From an uncultured Methylomirabilota bacterium (GTDB lineage Bacteria > Methylomirabilota > Methylomirabilia > Methylomirabilales > 2-02-FULL-66-22): DNA of 64,000 bases. The stretch spans positions 2,304,001 through 2,368,000 of the forward strand of contig OY970067.1 of the NCBI GenBank assembly GCA_963705305.1, written 5' to 3'. The notes beneath the pieces are model-generated. The model was not told the DNA's origin. It did not search any database and worked only from the letters and a program-made list of their open reading frames with translations. Both the position numbers and the translations under genes were made by a program. Below, in pieces: positions 57,881 through 64,000 of this stretch (position 1 is its first letter; each line of letters begins with the position of its first letter).

Positions 57881-58648
57881 TCAGCCCCGACCAACCTCTT
57901 GCAAGAACGAGCGGGCGGCCCCGATCAGGAGGCCGGTGAGGCTCACCATGAGGATCTGGAAGCCCTGTGCGTAAAGCGCACGGCCGTCGGTAGGGTCCAG
58001 CGCCACCAGCATGGTGGGTTTGCCGGCCGCGGCTGCGGCCGCCCGGATCTTCTCCACGTTGGCCTGAACCCGCGGATCCTTCCACCCGCCGGGAATCCCC
58101 ATGGACAGGGCCAGGTCCCCCGGTCCGATGAGCACGATGTCCACTCCCGGGACGGAGCAGATGCCGGGAAGGTGGTCCAGCGCGGCCTCATCCTCCAGCA
58201 GGGGAATGCACAGGACTTCTTCGTTCGTCTTGGTGAAGTACTCCACCTGGGTCTGCGTGATGCCGTAGTTGGCGGCGCGGGAGCGGCCGAAGCCGCCGCG
58301 CACGCCCACCGGCGGGTAGCGCATGGCCGCCACGGCGGCCTCGGTCTCGGCCCGGGTGGTGATGTTGGGGATGACGATCCCGCCGGCCCCCGTCTCCAGG
58401 AACTCGAGGATGACGGAGGGATCGTTGCGCGGAACGCGCACGATGCTAGTCATGCCGGTGACGTCGGCCGCCCGGATCAGCCCGCGCGCCGTCTCCGCGC
58501 CCACCCCGCAGTGCTGCCCGTCGATGAAGACGAAATCGATCCCCAGGTGGCCGAGCAGCTCGATCACTTCCGGGTTGCTGAATTCCACCAGAGCCCCGCA
58601 GGCCCGCTTGCCAGCTGTCAGCTTTCGCTTCAGGCTGTTGGTGCGCAC
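57881..58648 (-). CDS. HpcH/HpaI aldolase family protein
   Basis: DFVFIDGQH, IVRVP, RYPPVGVRG, LLED, IGPGDLALSMG; GTG start after AGGGAGG. Confidence 0.9.
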   Translation of the reverse strand: MRTNSLKRKLTAGKRACGALVEFSNPEVIELLGHLGIDFVFIDGQHCGVGAETARGLIRAADVTGMTSIVRVPRNDPSVILEFLETGAGGIVIPNITTRAETEAAVAAMRYPPVGVRGGFGRSRAANYGITQTQVEYFTKTNEEVLCIPLLEDEAALDHLPGICSVPGVDIVLIGPGDLALSMGIPGGWKDPRVQANVEKIRAAAAAAGKPTMLVALDPTDGRALYAQGFQILMVSLTGLLIGAARSFLQEVGRG

Positions 58649-58841
58649 AGTGGCCTCCCTTGCATGTTCGCCGATCGTGAACAATCCTACACGGTCGGGC
58701 GGTCACCCGCCGCCGGCCTGCGCGGATTCCGGTGCCCCCGGCGCGTGCCGGCCGCTCGGAGGTGTACGCCATTCCTGCGCCGGGACCCGGCCGGGGAGTG
58801 CTCCCGCTGAGCCGTTCGCCTCCGGAGCGGCTTGAAGGGCC

Positions 58842-60656
58842 TCACTCGATCCCGGGGGCAGGGCCCTCCACCCGCTCGCGGTTCTGCACGAAGGCGCTGA
58901 AGACCGCCTCCTCGGCAGCCAAGATCACCTGGTCCCCCCGCTCCAGCGGGCCGGCATGCGTCGGGGACAGGACGGTCTCGTTCCGGATCACGGCCACGAC
59001 GGCCAGGTCATCATGGTGGGGGAGGAAGGCCTCGGCCGGCGTCTGGCCGAGGAACGGATCGTCACCGGATTCCAGGATGACGGAGAAGATGCGGCCCTTT
59101 CCCCCTTGAATCCCGATGGAGAGGCCGGAGCGGAGCAGGTTGCCGAGGTCGGGCAAGCTTACTCCCCGCAGATCCTGGATCAACCGCCCGCCCAGGATCC
59201 GGAGCGCCCCCTGGACGAGGCGGAGGTGGTGCACGGGAGAGTCCATCCGAGCCTCCACCTGTGACTCCGTGAGAATGGGGTAGCGCGCGCCTGCAACCAG
59301 CGTCCGCTGGACCAGGAAGCTCAAGGAGGTGGCCAGCATGGACGGCACGATCAGGCGGTAGCCTCCAGTCAGCTCGGCCACCATGATGAGGGTGGCCATG
59401 GGCACGCGAGCCGACCCGGCGAATACGGCTCCCATGCCGACGGCGGCAAAGGCCGCCGGAACCAGGTGCGCCTCGGGGATCCACTTGTCCACGACGAACG
59501 CCACCCAGCCCCCGACCAGGGATCCGATGAAGACGTTGGGGCCGAAGGTCCCCCCCGAGCCGCCGGAGGACAGGGTGAGGGACATGCTAATGATCTTGGC
59601 GAAGGCCAGCAGCAGCAGGCCGTTGCCGACCAGGGTTCCGTTCAGGACCATCTGAATGTACCCGTACCCCGTGGCCAGCGTTTGGGGAAACGCGATGGCG
59701 AAGAGGCCCATCAGGAGCCCGCCCAGGGCCGGCTTGAAGTAGACGGGAATCTTCAGTCTTCGGAAGACATCCCGGGTCCTCCAGAAGATGGTGGGCTGGA
59801 TGGCCCCCATGGCGCCCGCGACCACGCCGACCAGGGCGTATCCGACCAGCTCCACAGGACGGTTGAAACCCATGCCGGATGGGAGGAGAAAGATGGGCGT
59901 CCACCCGGCGAACAGGCCGTTCACGGCATAGGCCACGACCGAGGCGACCAGGGTGAAGGGGAGCGCCTCGTACTCGGAGGCCAGGCCGCCGTACAGGATC
60001 TCAATGGCGAAGATGGCCATCCCCAGCGGAGAGCGGAAGATGGCGGCCAGGCCCGCCGCCATCCCCGACAGGACCAGAATCCGCCGCTCGGTGATCCCCA
60101 AGCCGAGCAGGTCGCAGAAGATGGAGGAGGCGCCTACGCTGATCTGGGCGGTGGGCCCCTCGCGGCCGGCCGATCCGCCGGAGCCGATGGTGATGGCTGA
60201 AGAGATGGCCTTGATCACGGGGGCGATCGGCCGCACCCGGGCGCCGCCGAAATGGTACGAGCGCACGGCGGCGTCGGTGCCGTCGCCCTCCGCCTCGGGG
60301 GCGAAGGTATAGACGAGGAATCCGCACAGGAGCCCGCCCAGCGTGGTGCTGATCGGGAGCAGCCAATACCAGCCGTGTCCGAAATGGTTCGTCGTGTTGG
60401 CCAGGCCCGGCCGGCCGAGGAAGACGCCGGCAATGCCCCCCATGAACAGCCGCTCTCCCCAATCCAGCATCCAGGTGAAGAGGGGGGCTCCCAATCCTCC
60501 GAAGACGCCGCAGACGGCCGCGTACAGGAAGAGCCTGTTCACGCGCCAGGCGTTCCGGGCTGCGATACGGGCCCGCCGCAATCGTCGGATGTGAGAGAGG
60601 TCGGAAGCGCTGCGAGGGCGGCGGTGTCCGGGAGGCTGGTCGGGGTCCGGGGTCAT
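58842..60656 (-). CDS. CLC family chloride channel/transporter with C-terminal TrkA-C (RCK_C)-like domain
   Basis: APEAEGDGTD, GSGGSAGREGPT, AIFRSPLG, FAIE, GGSGGTFGP; C-terminal VVAVIRN...LERGDQVI. Confidence 0.9.
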   Translation of the reverse strand: MTPDPDQPPGHRRPRSASDLSHIRRLRRARIAARNAWRVNRLFLYAAVCGVFGGLGAPLFTWMLDWGERLFMGGIAGVFLGRPGLANTTNHFGHGWYWLLPISTTLGGLLCGFLVYTFAPEAEGDGTDAAVRSYHFGGARVRPIAPVIKAISSAITIGSGGSAGREGPTAQISVGASSIFCDLLGLGITERRILVLSGMAAGLAAIFRSPLGMAIFAIEILYGGLASEYEALPFTLVASVVAYAVNGLFAGWTPIFLLPSGMGFNRPVELVGYALVGVVAGAMGAIQPTIFWRTRDVFRRLKIPVYFKPALGGLLMGLFAIAFPQTLATGYGYIQMVLNGTLVGNGLLLLAFAKIISMSLTLSSGGSGGTFGPNVFIGSLVGGWVAFVVDKWIPEAHLVPAAFAAVGMGAVFAGSARVPMATLIMVAELTGGYRLIVPSMLATSLSFLVQRTLVAGARYPILTESQVEARMDSPVHHLRLVQGALRILGGRLIQDLRGVSLPDLGNLLRSGLSIGIQGGKGRIFSVILESGDDPFLGQTPAEAFLPHHDDLAVVAVIRNETVLSPTHAGPLERGDQVILAAEEAVFSAFVQNRERVEGPAPGIE

Positions 60657-61552
60657 CCTGTTCGCTCCTCCAGGGTTGGGGTTGAAGGAAGATTTTGACA
60701 TTGTAATGGACCGAACCGGGGCTGTCAAAAAACAGGCGCCTGTTCACAGCCAATCCGCCGGGTGTTGCCGCAGCGCGCGGGGGAGTCTGTCTTGGCGAAA
60801 GGCGGAGTTTGGGTCGAGGCAACAATAAGCCTGCAGGTGGTGTCTCGGGCGATCATCCCGCCATCCGGGGGGATGGCGGGACTGTCGAGAATGCGTTGCG
60901 GGCGGCCCCGGATCCCCGTTGCGCCCAAGCGTTCGACGCCCGCTCCAGGGAGATCGCGCGGAGCCCGCATAGGTCGGCGCTCGGCATTCTCTTGGACCCG
61001 TTTTCGGCCCGGCCCTCGCCTCGGAAGCATTCCGCAGTCTCGGCGAGGCGGGAACGGTCCGGGCCGGGATCCTGACACCCAGTATTGCAGAAGGGTTGGT
61101 GTGCTCTCTCCTTTCAAGATGAAGGGCAGCTCGTTTATACGCTTTTTATATGGTCCAGAAGCTCATCGTCCCATCTTCCGTGATGGCCGAATGCCTTCAA
61201 TTACTCTTGGTTGCTGGACTTTTTCACTTTTTTTCGCTGGCGGCCTCTGGCGGAGATTTTATATCGATTGATACTCCGCGCCGGTTTTTCTACACGAGAT
61301 TGATTTGCCTTCGCATGGGGTTTCCGATTGTAATCTGGCCATGTCGCAACGCCGGCTGGCCCCGGAGGCGGCCGCAGGTCGGAAGACTTGTCGACCTTGA
61401 CTCCGGAGAGAGGCGCGGCTTCCGAAGATCTGGAGCGGAGGAGGCGGGCAGACGCGTGCCCCGGTGGACCCTCCCCGGACATTCCGGGCGGCAGGGACGT
61501 CACGGGTGGTGTGGCGAGTGTTCGGTGCATGTCGAACGGACGGAGGCGTACG

Positions 61553-63283
61553 GTGGCGGTATCCGAATCAGAAACAGCCGGGGAGCAGCTTCAACTCCGA
61601 CGCGATGTCACCATCTGGGGCTCGTACATGTGGGGCTATGCGGATGTGGGGGCGGACATCTATGCAGCCCTGGGCCTCGTCATAGCGGCTGCCCAAGGGC
61701 TGGCGCCTGCCGCCTTTGCACTGGCCGGTGTCGTGTACATCATGATCGGCCTCGCGTACACGGAGCTGGCCTCGACCTATCCGGTCGCCGGGGGGGGACA
61801 CTACTTCACCCTCCGCGGCCTCGGCGATTTCTGGGGATTCGTGGCCGGCGCAGCCCTCCTCCTGGATTACACCATTGACATCGCGCTGTTTGCCGTGGCC
61901 TCGGCGGGGTACATCAACTTCTTTTCGCCGCCGCTCTTGGGCATCGACCTGCGCCAGGTCACATTGCGATCGCTCGGCCTGGTCTCGACGGGATTCTTGG
62001 CCAATCTTCCGATCGTCTGGGAGCTCCAAACGCTGGCCCTCATCGCCCTGTTGATCTACTTAAACATCCGAGGCGTGCGGGAGTCCTCCTTTCTCAACGA
62101 GTCCTTGGGGTGCGTGGATATCATTCTCGAGTCATCCGTCATCGCGTTCGGGTTTGTCCTGGCCTGGAACCCCCAACTGCTGGCCGCGCAGTGGAGCGAA
62201 GCCCTACGGACTGTTTCTCCCGCCAACTTCATGTACGGATCATCCCTCGCCATCATCTCGTTTGTGGGCCTGGAGAGCATCAGCCAGGCCGCACAGGAGA
62301 CGCGGCGGCCCGCGACCATCATCCCGCGGACTTCCATTTCTTTGATCTCCACCGTGTTCATTTTCGCGCTGGCGTTCTCGACCGTCACCCTGGGCATCAT
62401 GCCCTGGCACCAGGTCAGCGAGGCGGACCCGATTGCCCAGCTCGCCCAACGCATTCCGTACCTGGGGATCCTAGCCGGTCCCTTCGCCGCCGTCCTCGGG
62501 GCGACCATCCTCTTGATCAGCGCCAACACCGGGGTCATGGGCGCGAGCCGCCTCACCTATTCCATGAGCCAGCTGCACCTCGCCACGCGCTGGCTGGAGA
62601 AGGTGCACCCCCGATACCGGACGCCGGTGCGCACCATCGTGGTGTTCGGGGCCATGGGGGCGCTGGAAGCGGTCCTCGCCTTCTTCGCCTCGCGCGTGGG
62701 CCCCGACGGGACGCTCCAGAGCGGGGCGCTCGACACGCTGGGGAACATGTACGCCTTCGGCGCGACGCTCGGATATGCCCTGGTCTTCATCGCGCTCATC
62801 CGGCTCCGCATCGTGGACCCGTACTCCCCCCGCCCCTACCGGATGCCGGGCAACATCAAGCTCTCCTGGCGGGGCCAGACCGTCGACTTTCCGGTCCTCG
62901 GAGTGTTCGGATTGCTGGGCGTCTCCTTCATTTTGTTTGAAGTCATCTTGACGCACCAGATCGGGCGTATTGCAGGGCCGGCATGGGTTCTTCTCTGTAT
63001 CGGCTACTACCTCCTGTATCGGCGGAGCCAAAACCTGCCCCTGTATGGCGACGTGCCGCACGATTGGGAGCAGGAGCAGATCCGGGTCCTCACGTCCGCC
63101 GAGGAGTATGCCCTGGTCGCGCAGTATAAAGAGGCCCTGCGCCGCCGGGATCGCCAGCAGATGCGCCACGTGCCAGGGCCATCCGAGAACGGAAGAAACG
63201 CGATTCCGCGGAATAAGGAGGGTGGGAGCAATGGAGCCCCGTCGGCGACGGCTGCCGGCGCCGGAACGCTTCACCGGCGCTGA
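61553..63283 (+). CDS. APC family permease
   Basis: GYADVGADIYAALG, YTELAS.YPVAGG, LDY, SFVGLESISQAAQE, SRLTYSMS, HPRYRTP; GTG start after GGAGG. Confidence 0.9.
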   Translation: MAVSESETAGEQLQLRRDVTIWGSYMWGYADVGADIYAALGLVIAAAQGLAPAAFALAGVVYIMIGLAYTELASTYPVAGGGHYFTLRGLGDFWGFVAGAALLLDYTIDIALFAVASAGYINFFSPPLLGIDLRQVTLRSLGLVSTGFLANLPIVWELQTLALIALLIYLNIRGVRESSFLNESLGCVDIILESSVIAFGFVLAWNPQLLAAQWSEALRTVSPANFMYGSSLAIISFVGLESISQAAQETRRPATIIPRTSISLISTVFIFALAFSTVTLGIMPWHQVSEADPIAQLAQRIPYLGILAGPFAAVLGATILLISANTGVMGASRLTYSMSQLHLATRWLEKVHPRYRTPVRTIVVFGAMGALEAVLAFFASRVGPDGTLQSGALDTLGNMYAFGATLGYALVFIALIRLRIVDPYSPRPYRMPGNIKLSWRGQTVDFPVLGVFGLLGVSFILFEVILTHQIGRIAGPAWVLLCIGYYLLYRRSQNLPLYGDVPHDWEQEQIRVLTSAEEYALVAQYKEALRRRDRQQMRHVPGPSENGRNAIPRNKEGGSNGAPSATAAGAGTLHRR

Positions 63284-63479
63284 CCGGTATCGGATATTCC
63301 TCGGCGGCCTGGCCGTCCTGATCGGCTTCCTGATGGTGTACCGGATGCTGGCGGCAGACGCCGTGAGCGTGCCCGGCGGGCTCGCGGCCGCGGCCTTTCT
63401 CGTCTTCGGCGCGCACCGCCTGCATCTGGCCCGCACGCGGTACCGCGTCTTTCGCCAGGTGACCAGGAGAGAGCCATGA
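63231..63479 (+). CDS. Small two-TM hypothetical protein
   Basis: RBS TAAGGAGG, ATG at 63231, two hydrophobic helices; the stop overlaps the next start (ATGA). Confidence 0.6.
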   Translation: MEPRRRRLPAPERFTGADRYRIFLGGLAVLIGFLMVYRMLAADAVSVPGGLAAAAFLVFGAHRLHLARTRYRVFRQVTRREP

Positions 63480-64000
63480 TGAGCCCCACCGTGCAGCTGA
63501 GCCCGCTTGGCGTCATCCTGGCGCTGAGTTTCCTGTCGGCCATGACCTACCTGTTCCTCTGGATGTTTCGCGTGCCGCCATCACTGCCTGAGACGGTGGC
63601 CGTCGCCCAACAATCCGTGGCAGCTCTCCGACGGATCTTGGTGCCGGTGGTGGAGGCCATCCCCTCGACCCGGGCCGTGGAGATCGCCGCCCGCCTCGGG
63701 GAGACCCAGAAGGCGGAGCTCATCCTTGCCTTCGTGATCGAAGTGCCGTTAAGTCTGGCGCTGGTGACTCAGTTGACGGAGGTCGAGGCCCGCGGGCAGG
63801 CGGTCTTGGATGATGCAGCGCGATTGGCGGCCCAGCACGGGCTGCCCGTCGAACGACGCCTGGTCCGGCACCGCCAGGCGGCCGAAGGCATCCTGCAAGT
63901 CGCCAGGGACGAAGACGTTGATGCGATCATCCTCGGCGTGGGCGGCAAACGCCGCATCATCCCCAGCGACCTGGGGCGCACTATCGGCGAAATCATGCGT
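63476..64000 (+). CDS. Universal stress protein with an N-terminal TM segment, 3' end outside the window
   Basis: Not in the ORF track. MMSPTVQLSPLGVILALSFLSAMTYLFLWMF, RILVPV, AVEIAARL, VIEVP, AAEGILQVARDEDVDAIILG, LGRT. Confidence 0.85.
   Translation, partial: MMSPTVQLSPLGVILALSFLSAMTYLFLWMFRVPPSLPETVAVAQQSVAALRRILVPVVEAIPSTRAVEIAARLGETQKAELILAFVIEVPLSLALVTQLTEVEARGQAVLDDAARLAAQHGLPVERRLVRHRQAAEGILQVARDEDVDAIILGVGGKRRIIPSDLGRTIGEIMR

Noticed and set aside
60660..61550. Fluoride riboswitch for the CLC gene or c-di-AMP riboswitch for the APC gene
   Set aside because: No consensus motifs on the appropriate strands, and the CLC has GREGP rather than the fluoride-type GREGT.
1..64000. tRNA, rRNA, prophage or intact transposase genes
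   Set aside because: None recognisable; tRNAscan-SE and cmscan would be needed to exclude them formally.

Overview
GC-rich bacterial chromosomal window with about 60 genes; the gene content (Pal, MlaEFD, TamB-like protein, hopanoid genes) indicates a diderm, and the lineage cannot be fixed from sequence alone. Left to right: (1) a ~16.5 kb minus-strand run of hpnA, a CruF-like gene, hpnH, shc, hpnG, a lipoprotein, mlaE/F/D, GH57, DUF502, a CorC/HlyC protein and a TamB/AsmA-like gene truncated by the window edge; (2) a tungsten-type aldehyde oxidoreductase, pal, TetR, and an ECF sigma factor whose zinc-finger anti-sigma ends in a CpoB/YbgF-like TPR domain; (3) a ~5.5 kb accessory patch (two vapBC modules, a frameshifted DUF1398 gene, an orphan ABC binding protein, a HigA remnant, an LVIVD propeller) punctuated by a recurring bipartite GGGGACGTTG motif; (4) a methyltransferase, an M28 peptidase, DedA, a sigma-54 two-component system, and an uncharacterised catabolic cluster with a TRAP transporter, interrupted by small non-autonomous repeats and followed by an IS630 remnant; (5) a response regulator, a secreted protein, LepB, a CoA-transferase and a second TRAP system; (6) a minus-strand aldolase-tkt-pgi-pgl-rpiA-TSUP run and a CLC transporter, then an APC permease/USP cluster at the right edge. 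No rRNA, tRNA or CRISPR array was seen. Three single-base frameshifts and one ATC start suggest assembly errors or recent decay. All product calls come from motif recognition by eye, not from database searches.
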